This document shows positions 12,929-25,223 of a DNA stretch of 64,000 nt, piece after piece. Position numbers and translations under genes: made by a program. The notes beneath the pieces are model-generated. The model did no database searches. It had not been told where the DNA came from and worked only from the letters and a program-made list of their open reading frames with translations. The number at the start of each line of letters is the position of its first letter. The first letter of the stretch is position 1. The DNA comes from Octopus vulgaris (lineage: Eukaryota). Location: assembly GCA_951406725.2 (NCBI GenBank), contig OX597818.1, positions 3,906,001 to 3,970,000 on the forward strand. The letters are read 5' to 3'.

Positions 12929-12993
12929 CAAACTAAGGTTAAAGAACAAACAAACAACGACCTTGCATTTGTTTGTTCTTTAACCTTAGTTTG
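12929..12993. repeat. Perfect 26-bp-arm hairpin
   Basis: caaactaaggttaaagaacaaacaaa, 13-nt loop, tttgtttgttctttaaccttagtttg. Confidence 0.9.
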
Positions 12994-12998
12994 TATAT

Positions 12999-13084
<86 letters not shown>

Positions 13085-13124
13085 ACATATATATATATAT
13101 ATATGTATGTATGTATGTATGTAT

Positions 13125-13362
13125 GCATGTGGAAGAGAGAGTAATTCAGCAGGAGGATTTAAACAACATGCAAAGGTACATGAAGCCCAGTTACAACTAC
13201 AGCCGGCTATTACCAGTAAAGATTTTAGTTGCCAATTTTGTACAAGACATTGTAGATCTTTAGCTGGGCTAAAAAGTCACATTCGATCACAGCAGCAGTA
13301 ACAGTTAAGCTTCGTGCAATGGCCATACTCGATAACGAGGGGGCAGACATAATAATAATAAT
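13125..13362 (+). mobile_element. LINE 3' end (RTE/BovB-like) encoding two C2H2-like zinc fingers, with a (TAA)n tail; second copy at 11801-12038
   Basis: CGRESNSAGGFKQHAKVH...[20 protein letters not shown], then a short hairpin and taataataat. Confidence 0.6.
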
Positions 13363-14206
13363 GTATGTATACACACACACACACAAACATATATAAATTG
13401 ATAGATAGAACTCAGTGGGCAAACAAAAATATGAGACACTGCCTAGTGCTTTTTTTTATTTTGATAAGCCTGGTACTTATTCTATCAGTTTCTTCTTGTG
13501 AAACCAGTAAGTTATAGGGCTGTATATAAATGAACAGCAGTTGTGAAGCAGTGATGAGGGAGAAACACAAATACACACACTTAGACTTACATATATATAT
13601 CCATATGTATACAATTGATTTCTTTCAGTTTCTCTCTGCAAAATCCACTGACAAGGCTTTGGTTGGTCTGAGGCTATAGCAGAAGAGACATGCCAAGTCA
13701 CCACACAGTGGGACTGAACCCAGGACCATGTGTTTTGGAATGAGGTTTGTTACCACACAATCACACCTGCACCTATGTATGTGTGTGTATGGGTGTATAT
13801 ATGTATGCATGTATATATATACATCCATATATATATACATGTATATATATATACATCCATATATATAGATATATATATATACATCCATATATATACATGT
13901 ATATATACACATCCATATATATATACATGTATATATATATATTATATACATCCATATATATAGATGTATATATATACATCCATATATATACATGTATATA
14001 TACACATCCATATATATACATGTATATATACACATCCATATATATACATGTATATATATATATATATATATACATGTAAATATAAATTTAAAATAATAAG
14101 GGTGAAAAATTGAATATTAATTTGATTAATATCAATTTAAAACCAGTGGTGTATCACATTTAAAAGTCTGAAGTTTCAGAGAAAAAATTATATTATATAC
14201 ATATAA

Positions 14207-14340
14207 GAGGGATGACCTGTAAGTGGACATCCATTATGCTAGAAGAAGATCCACTATGGTCTTACCATTCCTTTGTTAGTGGTAAGACCATAGCGGATCT
14301 TCTTCTAGCAAAATGGATGTCCACTAACAGTTAATCCCTC
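14207..14340. repeat. Imperfect hairpin with ~60-bp arms
   Basis: gagggatgacctgtaagtggacatccatt...ggtcttacca pairs with tggtaagaccatag...atggatgtccactaacagttaatccctc. Confidence 0.88.
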
Positions 14341-14349
14341 ATATATAAT

Positions 14350-14647
14350 AGTTTCACTTTATTAGTTTCGGTATTAAAGTGAAAGTATTCAAGTGAAAGC
14401 ATCTGACATTACAATAGAGAGATGTTTTTGTTTCACTTTTAACATGTAATGCTGAAATAGCGGAGAAGATATGATATTGCTGTGGGCTCACCCTAGGCAA
14501 GAAGTTAAAAAAATTTTTTGCCCATGACACTACATGGACCCTAAGTAAGGCATGTGTAAAATTTGAATGAAATTGGTTGTGTAGTTCTCAAGTTTTAGGG
14601 ATTCACACAGACAGAAAGACACACATTCTCAGTTTTATATATATAGA
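14350..14647 (-). mobile_element. Helitron-like 5'-terminal fragment
   Basis: Minus strand starts TCTATATATATAAAACTG, the same start as the Helitron at 55380; homologous to 350-634. Confidence 0.6.
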
Positions 14648-15299
14648 TATATAGATGCTCAATTTTAGTACATTCTTCAACTCCTCTTTTAGTTTCTCAA
14701 CATTCTTTAATGTTTCCATTATCACAAGTTTATCATCTACACATCTGGTGTATATTAAATATTTGAGATTTTGTATTATTCTGTTCTCTACTATGGATAA
14801 ACAGAATGCTACATATGTAAGTCCTAAGGGAGAAGCTATGGATACTGCATCTGTTATATAAATTACCTTGTGGGCAGTGAAAAGATACTTTAACTGTACA
14901 TATCATGAGTAGTCTTTTGAATAAGTTTGCAGGTACTGCTATATATTGTTTAAATAAATTTTCAGGTACAGCTATATTTTGGAGTGTTAATATGTTTTCT
15001 GTTATGATTTTTATTGTTTATGATGGGATGTTAGTGAACAAACTTACAACATCTAAGATGTAGATAGTACCTATTATATTGGTTTATTTTAAAATTTGTA
15101 AAAAAATTTCAAATGACCTCATAATGTATTTCACTGGTGTGATTTCATCATTATGCTATCCATTTGTTTGGTGACTGAATGTGAAGGCATGAAGTTTCAG
15201 CATTTGACAAAAGTATCAGCTGCATTAGTTGCTACAATTGAGAGGCTCACAAAGGCCTGGGCAATAATTCACAGCAGTGATTGGAATGATCATCTCTAA

Positions 15300-15998
15300 T
15301 GTAAAGTTTCAATGAAAATATTCCAAGCAAATAGTCTTTCTCTAATTTTGTTATTTCAGTATTAAATTTTGATTTCTGTTGCAAAAATCCAATGGCTAGA
15401 GGCTAGGGTCTGCAACTACCTGAGATAACAATATAACCTATAATTTCTTTATGGATGAACTAAAATATCTGTTATGAATGTTTATAATGCCAAAAAACAG
15501 CTGAAATTAATTACATTTTCAGCTGACATGGAAATGGAAATTGGCCAAAAGAAATGTTCATATTTGATTGCTGAACATGGAAAATGAGTCCTCCAAAGCC
15601 AAAACTGATACATAGAAGGTCTCTCTATCTCTTCTGTTCCACACAAAGAATGCTACTAATACCCAAGCATTGATGAAAACTTATCATATGACATTGTGAA
15701 TAATGAATTGTCAACTGAGAATATGACACCAGACTTAGAAAATATGGTAGTCAGAACTCTCCTCTTACAAAACAATGTCCCACAATACATTTGCATAACC
15801 TGTGTTGATGCCAATACTTGGGATACTTGAATGGTCTATAGCAGAAATCCACTCCATAGACATTAAAATCTGCAAGAACCTGACATCAAATGGAGATTTC
15901 CACAGAAACAATGATAACAAGAAGAAATGAAGGTAGAGTTTTGAGATAAGAGCAGATAGCCTTCAAATGGTCATATAGTATCCCTTAGTATCAGCTAA

Positions 15999-16063
<65 letters not shown>

Positions 16064-16185
16064 GAAAGAATGGAGTCACCCAGAGTTTCTACCCTTGACA
16101 GGTCGCTTCAACCGTGTTTTCTGACGTTTCGGTTAAACAAATTTTCCATGCTGACGATAAACATAGGATAGTTCCTTCACCTACT

Positions 16186-16224
<39 letters not shown>

Positions 16225-18815
16225 TTAGTGAGAGCTATGCGAGCCATGTACAGGGACACTGCTAGTAAGGTGAGGGTTGGCAATGAGTACAGTGAAGAAT
16301 TCCGGGTAGAGGTAGGGGTCCACCAAGGTTCAGTCCTCAGCCCCCTCCTATTTATCATAGTCCTCCAGGCAATAACGGAGGAATTCAAGACAGGATGCCC
16401 CTGGGAGCTCCTCTATGCTGATGACCTTGCTCTAATTGCTGAGTCACTATCAGAACTGGAGGAGAAATTTCAGGTGTGGAAGCAAGGATTAGAATCGAAG
16501 GGTCTTAGAGTCAACCTAGCTAAACCCAAAGTCCTAATAAGTAGGAAGGTAGACAAATCACAAACGCCTTCAGGTAGATGGCCCTGCTCGATCTGTAGAA
16601 AAGGCGTAGGTAGAAACTCTATAAGATGCACCAAGTGTAAGCTATGGACACATAAGAGGTGCAGCAAAGTCAAAGGAAGGCTAACTAGGAAAATAGTTTT
16701 TGTATGTGGCAGATGCTCAGGAGCAATAAACTCTGAAAATGTGCAGAGACCAACTTCCACCACATTCCAGGGAGAAAAACTAGAAATAGTTGATAGCTTC
16801 CATTACCTAGGTGACCAAGTCAGTAGCGGGGGTGGGTGTGCTGAAAGTGTAACTGCTAGAGTAAGAATAGCCTGGGCAAAGTTCAGAGAGCTCTTACCCT
16901 TGCTGGTGACAAAAGGCCTCTCGCTCAGAGTAAAAGGCAGACTGTATGATGTATGTGTACGAACAGCCATGCTACATGGTAGTGAATCATGGGCCGTGAC
17001 TGCTGAGGATATGCGTAAACTTGCAAGAAATGAAGCCATATGCTCCAATGGATGTGTAATGCCAGTGTTCGTACTCGACAGAGTGTAAGTACCTTGAGAG
17101 AAAAGTTGGACCTAAGAAGCATCAGTTGTGGCGTGCAAGAGAGACGTTTGCGCTGGTATGGTCATGTGACAAGAATGGATGAAGATAGTTGTGTGAAAAA
17201 GTGCCACACCCTAGCAGTTGAGGGAACCTGTGGAAGAGGTAGACCCAGGAAAACCTGGGACGAGGTGGTGAAGCACAACCTTCGAACTTTAGGTCTCACC
17301 AAGGAAATGACTAGAGACCAAGACCTATGGAAGTATGCTGTGCGTGAGAAGACCCGGCAGGACAAATGAGACCTTAACCCATGGCCTCTACCTGGGATGT
17401 AGCCTGTCCACTTATGCATACCTTTCCTTCTTGGGACACAAAACTCTACTTGAGAAGACCTGTTGAGGCAAGTGAGAATCAGAATCAAATTCAAAATTGA
17501 TCAACATCAATGGAAATTGTAGCTGTGATACCAGTGCTAGTAGCACGTAAGCAAACCATCCGAACGTGGCCGTTGCCAGCGCCGCCCCGACGGGCCTCTG
17601 TGCCGGTGACACGCAAAAAGCACCATCTGATCGTGGCCGTTGCCAGACTTGCCTGGCCCCTGTGCCGGTGGCACGTAAAGAGCACCATCCGACCATGGCC
17701 GTTTGCCAGCCCCGTCTGGCACCTGTGCCGGTGGCATGTAAAAAGCACCCACTACACTCACGGAGTGGTTGGCGTTAGGAAGGGCATCCAGCCGTAGAAA
17801 CATTGCCAGATCAGACTGGGCCTGGTGCAGCCTTCTGGCCTCCCAGACCCCAGTTGAACCGTCCAACTCATGCTAGCATGGAAAGCAGACACTAAATGAT
17901 GATGATGATACATATATCATCATCATCATTTAGTGTCAACAACATTCCTATGTATCTATGTATCAACAGTGAACTCCTCAGGAAGTATACTCTTTCTGAC
18001 AACTTCCAAGAGTGCCAAAACAGCCAGACTAAAATACTTCAAAGAAGAGCTGGATGTGAAATGCTCAGCATACCAAAAGAGAATACATGGGTATGTTTCC
18101 AAAGACTTTAAAATGACATTAATATTGATATGAAGTGCAGCCTTTCTTGGAGTCATGACCATTATGTCACATCACACTTCAAAGACGACATGTTTGCAAT
18201 TCAAAACCAAGAGATTGCTACCAAATACCTAATAAAAAGAAAAGAAGCCCTTAGTGCCCCAAGATGGAACCAAAAATATTGATGATACCACATTTCTGTA
18301 AATGACATCATGCATGATAGCTGCCCCAAAATGCCATCAAGGTACTACTTCCCAATGTGACATCATGTTGTCACTGAAACAATATACAATATCCCCTGAC
18401 AAAAGCTCCTGAAATAAATATAGAGAATCCCATTGTTATTGGATACATTCATAAACATCAACAAAGAGAATATGGCTAAACATTCTCTATCAAAACTTCT
18501 ACTAAATGCAAACATAACAGACCAGATGTTGTTTTGAACAGACAAGGAGAAGTATGAACCATAACAGAGGTCAGCTGCTCTGCTAATGGGAATATCTCTT
18601 TGAAAATCCAAGAGAAAGAGGATAACTATGGACAACTGCTTTGAAACGTCGAACTTCGATACTCAGATTATAAATTCATGAGTAAATGCCTAGGTGATAA
18701 TGTAGATAAGTTAGAGTTTTCAGAAAAAGAAATCAGTCAATTAACTCACACATTTGAAATACTATTTGTAAGTAGAACAGTAAAAATATACAAGACTTTT
18801 TGCAAGTTCAAAATG
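15300..18815 (+). mobile_element. Decayed R2/R4-like (RLE-type) non-LTR retrotransposon, split by a TA tract and an RTE insertion (pieces ~15300-15990 and ~17935-18815)
   Basis: Degenerate RT motifs (FFMDELK, FSADMEMEIG.KKC, IDENLSYD, HNTFA.PVL) colinear with the copies at 19480-21095 and 32480-34800; many stops. Confidence 0.6.
16222..17909 (+). mobile_element. 5'-truncated RTE-clade LINE with a well-preserved RT half, inserted in (TA)n
   Basis: ORF 16228-17088 has GVHQGSVLSPLLF, LLYADDL, a C4HC3 finger and FHYLG; one frameshift near 17039; (GAT)n tail. Confidence 0.95.
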
Positions 18816-19479
18816 TAAATTTATTTTTGTTACCTACATTCCAACTATGGAACTTTGTACCATTGTTAGAAACAGTTCTTTCCCTTACAGGAAGGCTTCA
18901 AATAATTAAAAATAGAACAGAAAGAGAAAACAAATGAAACAGATAGGTGGGTAGGAAAGCAGGCATTGATGGATGCAGGCATGCATGCATGCATATGAAC
19001 ATACATACAAAGCAACAAGTTGCATATTTGGTGTGGGAGACGACTCATCAAAAAGAACTTTGAATATTGTGTCCAATTTTGAATCCACAACTATCAACCC
19101 TGTTAAATAACTGCTGAATCTTCAAATGAATTGACTGAAGGTGCTGTTATTTCAAGTTGAATTTTTGTCTCAAACTTAAAATGGCTGAACGTGCTGCATC
19201 AACAACAACAGTTACAAAACAGAAATTAACATTGTAAAAAGTAAACAGATTTTCTTTTAGTTGTAGCAATAGATTGTAGCAATAGAAGAAACTGTAAATA
19301 TAAAATGCATTTTCTTCAAAATTATGAGCTCAATAATGATTTATATAACTGCTAATCATTATAAAAGAGCATAGCATACTAGGACAATCTGCTTCCAATG
19401 GTAAAAGATTTTATGGCAAAAATATAATGCCAACAACAAACATTTCTTGAATATGGGAAGAATGTTAATGAATGTAACT

Positions 19480-21095
19480 TAATCCAAAGAAGAGATGAAA
19501 TTGTATGCCAAACAGTATAAACAAAAGTGTGAACAATGTTAGAATACCATGAAGACTTCAGTCAAAGACATTCCTACAGACATTATATTGCCTGTTAGCT
19601 GGACTACATTACAAGCTAAGGCAACTATTACCACTGTAATAAACACCAGGTACAACCTTAATGATCATTGCAGCAATTATTAGGGATAAATACAGGTGAA
19701 AAATGTCCTCAATTATATATTTCATGAAAAAATAACTTAAGCTTTATGTACTAAGTAATAGCTGATAAATAAAACTGTAATGTCAGATGTGTGGCAGCAT
19801 AGGAGGAACCTGACTTCAATGTAGTTGGACTATAAGAAAGCTTTTGACTATGTTTCCCATTCAAGGATGCTAGGAGTCCTTTGACTCACTAAAGTTCCAG
19901 AGAACATAGTCAAAGCCATAACTGACCTCGTTTCATCTAAAGTTAAATACAATGAGAGATAAAATATAGTATCACAAAAGTCTATTCCAAAGAGACAGTC
20001 TCCTGCAATGATGTCCATATTTTCAATAAACCACTTGTCATTCATGTTGAGGAAGTTTGAAGGGTATCTTACTGGTTCATAGAGAAAAAAAATACAAAGA
20101 TTACACACTGCTTCTTTGAAGATAACTTGAAGCTATACGCCACAGAAATGATTGATAAGAAAAAGAGCCTTGACTTCATTACAACATTCTCAAAGGATAT
20201 AGGGTTAGAACTTGGTCAGGATAGATATTCCTATATGGTTGTGAAACAAGGGAAAACTGTGAACCAAACTACCAGCATCTCCATCAATGAATTGAATGTT
20301 TCTCCTGTATCTGATGAGGAATGTTACAGGTACCTAGGGATAGATAAAAACATATCTTACGATGGTACCTGTAACAAGGAATGCATCACGAAGGAATACA
20401 ACAACTGGATAAGAAAAATATGGACCTTAGAACTCTCAGCATACAATAAAATGTGTTTGTAATACCAGTATTTATACCAACATTTGGGCTACTTGATAAG
20501 CTCCAAACCACTGATGTGAAAACCTAAAAGATACAAACCAGCACAAATAATTTTCACGTCAATAGTGACATAGACCGCCTATACCTAAAACAAGAACGAA
20601 GAAGCAGAGGTTAAACATCGATTCAGACAGCTTCTGAATGCCACATCATATCCCTTTGCCAATAGCTTTTACCACCAAGTGACAAAGTACATCTATTGAT
20701 AAAGTTGCCATACATGAGGTAGATAACTTCATGAGATTTGGAAAGCAGCTCCTCAAGAAATATTCCCAGTCTGTTAATCTCAAATACATGCCCAAAAAAG
20801 TTGCATGACTCAAACAGCAACAAATCATTAGATGAAAGGATGAGTACAAATCAGCAGATCATGCACAGAATTGTTAGCAGAAAGCTCCAGGATGACAGCA
20901 ATATGGACCAACAATCATGGACCAACAACCAGATCCCTAACTCTCACTTTGAAGGGCATACATTTGCAATCCAGGAATAAAAAATACCTACCAAATTCTT
21001 CATGCACAAAAGGGACAGTGGCCTACCATAAGCAGTTGTCTGAAAATGTCATCATACTTTTATCCAAGGCACTGGACAATGTGATAGAGATCATA
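19480..21095 (+). mobile_element. Decayed R2/R4-like non-LTR retrotransposon RT region; C-terminal remnant probably at ~27930-28285
   Basis: LDYKKAFDYVSH, ITHCFFEDNLKLYA, FSKDIGLELG, CYRYLGID, LELSAYNK. Confidence 0.7.
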
Positions 21096-21350
21096 ACTAC
21101 TCATATATATATATATCATCATCATCGTTTAACGTCCGCTTTCCGCGCTAGCACGGGTTGGACGGTTTGACCGGGTCTGGGAAGCCAGGGGCCGCTCCAG
21201 GCTCCAGTCTGAATCTGGCAGAGTTTCTACGGCTGGATGCCCTTCCTAACGCCAACCACTCCGTGAGTGGATTGGGTGCTTTTTACGTGCCACCTGCACA
21301 GGGGCCGGAGGGTCCGGCATCGTCACGATCGGTTCGAGCATTTTAACGTG

Positions 21351-24300
21351 TCAGCGGCATGGGGGCAACGAGGTCCGGGGTACTTTGGGGATCGGGGTAC
21401 TTTGGGGATCCAGGGTACTTTGGGGATCCGGGGTACTTAGAATGGGTAGGGGGTATGTGGAATTACTGCAGAAAGCAGCCCGGGTCTTTGTAGTCACAGC
21501 ATATCTCCAGAGATCTCGGTCCTTCGCCATTGCCTCAGTGAGGCCCAATGCTCTGAGGTCATGCTTGACCACCTCATCCCATGTCTTCCTGGGTCTACCT
21601 CTCCCCCTGATACCTTCAACTGTTTGGGAGTGGCACTTCTTCACACATCTCTCTTCATCCATCCGCAGCACATGACCATACCATCGCAAGCGTCGCTCTT
21701 GCACACCACATCTGATGCTTCTTATATCCAGCATTTCTCTCAGGATACTTACACTCTGTTTTGCGTGCACACTGACACTACACATCCAGCGGATCATGCT
21801 AGCTTCATTTCTTTCAAGTCTACGCATGTCTTCTGCAGTCACAGCCCATGTTTCATTACCGTGAAGCATGGCAGTTCGCACACATGCATCATACAATCTA
21901 CCTTTTGCTCTGAGGGAGAGACCTTTTGTTGCCAGTAGGGGTAGGAGCTTTCTGAACTTTGCCCAGGCTATTCGTATTCTAGTGGTGATACTCTCTGTGC
22001 ATCCACCTCCGCTACTAACTTGGTCTCCCAGGTAGCGGAAACTATCAACTACTTCTAGTTTCTCTCCCTGGAGTGTGATGGAATCTGTTTTCTGAGTGTC
22101 TGTTGTGTCTATTGTCCCTGTGCATCTGCCGCACATGAAAGCTATCTTATCTGTTAATTTCCCTTTAATGTTGCTGCACCTCTTATGTGTCCATAACTTA
22201 CATTGAGTGCATCTTATGGAGTTTCTACCTGTACCTTTCCTACAGGTTGAGCAGGGCCACCTACCCGAGGGGATGTGTGCTGAGTACCTCTTGCTGCTTA
22301 CTAATACTTTGGTCTTTGCTACATTTATTCTAAGGCCCTTTGATTCCAACCCTTGCTTCCACACCCGAAATTTCTCTTCTAGTTCCGGTAGTGATTCTGC
22401 TATGAGAGCTAGGTCATCGGCATAGAGGAGCTCCCAGGGGCATCCCGTTTTGAATTCCTCTGTTATTGCCTGAAGGACTATGATGAATAAAAGGGGACTG
22501 AGGGCTGAGCCCTGGTGCACACCTACTTCTACTCGGAATTCTTCACTATATTCGTTGCCAATCCTAACCTTGCTGACAGCCTCTCTGTATAGAGCCTATA
22601 CAGCCCTTATTAGCCATTCTTCAATCTCCAGTTTCCGCATCGACCACCAGATAAGGGAACGGGGAACCCTGTCAAAGGCTTTCTCCAAGTCTACAAAAGC
22701 TATGTAGAGGGGTTTATCTTTAGCTAGGTACTTCTCCTGCAGTTGTCGGACCAGGAATATAGCATCAGTGGTGCTTCTACCTGGTACAAAACCGAACTGC
22801 ATTTCATCTAAACAAATTCTCTCCCTAATGAGATTGGTTATGACCTTCTCTGAGACCTTCATCACCTGGTCCAACAGTTTGATACCTCTGTAGTTATTTC
22901 TATCTAGAGCATCACCCTTACCCTTGTAGCAGTTGACTATGGTGCTGCTGCACCAGTCATTGGGTATGGCTCCATTGTGAACTACCTGGTTTACAATGCG
23001 GGTGACTATGGCATGGCCCACATAGCCAGCTGTTTTAAGCATCTCAGCAGTGATTCCTGATAGGCCAGGGGCTTTGCCTGGTTTCATATCCTTAATTGCC
23101 TTATCTACAAGGGAGCTGTCTATTCGGGTAGCTGGTCCCTCTACTGGGTCAACATTTGGCAGGCTCTCCTCCTCCCATTCATTCTCCTCATTCAGCAGTT
23201 TTTCATAATGGCTTCTCCAAGCCTCTTTCTTTTCACTAGTAGTAAAAGCAAGTGCCCCATCATCCATGCGGACACATTTCTCTCCTATAACATCGCTATT
23301 TTCTCTGACACACTGTCTGGCAATCCGAAATACTTCAGCTCTTTGATCCTCGCGACGCTGGACATTGGCAAACTTCTTCTTTTCTGCTACATCTTTGGCA
23401 ATGTATACCTGCCGCCCAGCCTCCCTTTTGGCTATCTGGTACAGTTCCCTGCTGCCCCCATCCTTCCAGGCTTTCCAGGCCCGTCTCTTTTCACAGATGG
23501 CTTCATCTACTGCACTATTCCACCACCACGTAATTCTAGGTCTGGAAGGGACTTTGCACCTTCCACAAACTTGGTCTGTGGCACTCAACAAGCTGTCCCG
23601 TAGGAATTCCCAGCTACCTTCTATGTCTGACGTCTGAAGCTCCTCTTCCCTCTCATCAAATTTCTTGATGAGTATGTCCCTAAATTTCTGACCATGCGAA
23701 GGGTTCTTTAGCCTCCAAATCCTTCTTTTCTGGATTGGTTTGTTTCTTGGAGTCCTTCTGGCCTCAAGCTTAAAGTCACTGATGATTAGTCTATGCTGAG
23801 GGATACATTCTTCACCCGGGAGGGTCTTTGTATTCAAGAGCAACCCTGCATCCCGTTGTCTGGTGAGGATGAAGTCTATTTGGCTAGCGGAGTCTCCTGA
23901 CTGATAAGTTATAAGGTGGCAGACTGGCTTCTTGAAGTTAGTGTTGCAGATTGAAAGGTTACATGCATCACAGAATTCCAGCAGTCTAGTTCCCTCATCA
24001 TTTCTGGTGCCAATACCATAGCCACCATGTACCCCAGTGAAGATACCCGATTCCCGCCCAACATGCCCATTAAATCTCCACCTACAAAGATGAGGTCCTT
24101 GTTACTAGTCTTTGAAGTAGCCTGCAGAAGGGTATCATAAAAGTTGTCCTTCTGATCATTTGGTAGTCCCGCTTGTGGGGCATAGGCTGAGATAATCATA
24201 GCTGTGCCACTCTGTAGGACCAACCTGAGCTTAAGCACTCTATCACAAACCCTGACAACCTCTATGACCTTATCCACCCATTCCTCCGCAAGGAGAATGC

Positions 24301-24651
24301 CTACACCCCCTACACCTTCCGCGTTACCTTGCCAGTAGAGTTTGTACCTAAGTGCCTTGCCCGTGAGGACCCTAGCCGAAGCATCTCTCCATCTTACCTC
24401 TTGTATGCAGCATACATCAACCTGTCTTCTCTCTAGCATCTCTACAATCTCACTAGACTTGCCTGTCAATGTACCGACATTGATAGTGCCAACTCTGAAA
24501 ACTGGGAAGGAGATGTGGGGGGGACGGGGGGATTCGGCGCCTGAGAAGAGGAGGGTTGTAGTGGTGGTGATAGTTTTCGTGGTATTTTTCTTTTGATCTC
24601 TCTTCCAACCTGACCACGCCGTGGGCAGGAGCTGGTGTTAGCAGTGGACAT
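21351..24651 (-). pseudogene. RTE endonuclease/reverse transcriptase ORF, disrupted
   Basis: Track ORFs 24466-24651, 23909-24469, 22596-23843 and 21351-22520 join through frameshifts near 24520 and 24070 and one stop at 22596-22598. Confidence 0.9.
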
Positions 24652-25223
24652 TCGTTATCGTCACTGAGTAACGTAATTAGGTAGAGGAAAGAAATACAGA
24701 TATTCTAGAGTTGAGTTGGGGAGGGGGGTCCAGTTGAGGCGGGTAATATAGGGGAGCAACCAGTGGGGAAGGTTGGGGTAAGGAGGAACGATGGCCGAAG
24801 GGTTGGTGTAGGTTCCTAAGAAATAAAAACGTAGGATATTACGAGGCGGGAGGGTACTAAAAGGGGATGGTCGGATTGAGGCAGTGTCAGGAGGAAGCGT
24901 AAGATCGGTGGGCAGTTGATGAGCTATGGCGCTAGCAGCTTGTCTTTTCACAGTGAAAGCATATGAGGAGAAGGGGTAGTGGGGGGAGGAGGAGGGAGTA
25001 GGGCGTATCCGGTGTAGATGAGTAGGGCGTATCCGGTGTAGATGGTGAGAACAGGGTATACTGGTATTGGTGGTGGGGGTGAGAACAGTGTTCACCGGTA
25101 TTGGTGGTGGCGGTGAGAACAGTGTTCACCGGTATTGGTGGTGAGAACAGTGTTCACCGGTATTGGTGGTGGGGGTGAGAACAGTGTTCATCGGTATTGG
25201 TGGTGGGGGGGGGGGGCGATCGC

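Larger units (their letters stand above)
11790..14077. repeat. ~1.32-kb tandem duplication (LINE 3' end + SINE + TA-rich minisatellite)
   Basis: gcatgtggaagagag at 11801 and 13125; the downstream sequence is colinear with scattered substitutions. Confidence 0.9.

Noticed and set aside
11518-14079. Many ORFs rich in Y/I/C/V/M/H/T (also 8312-8817, 43010-43255, 45269-45577, 54605-55070)
   Set aside because: Translations of (TA)n, (TG)n and (TACA)n microsatellites, not genes
16100-16185. Minus-strand ccGAAACGTCagaaa hammerhead half
   Set aside because: No upstream CTGANGA core visible; truncated by the TA tract and RTE insertion
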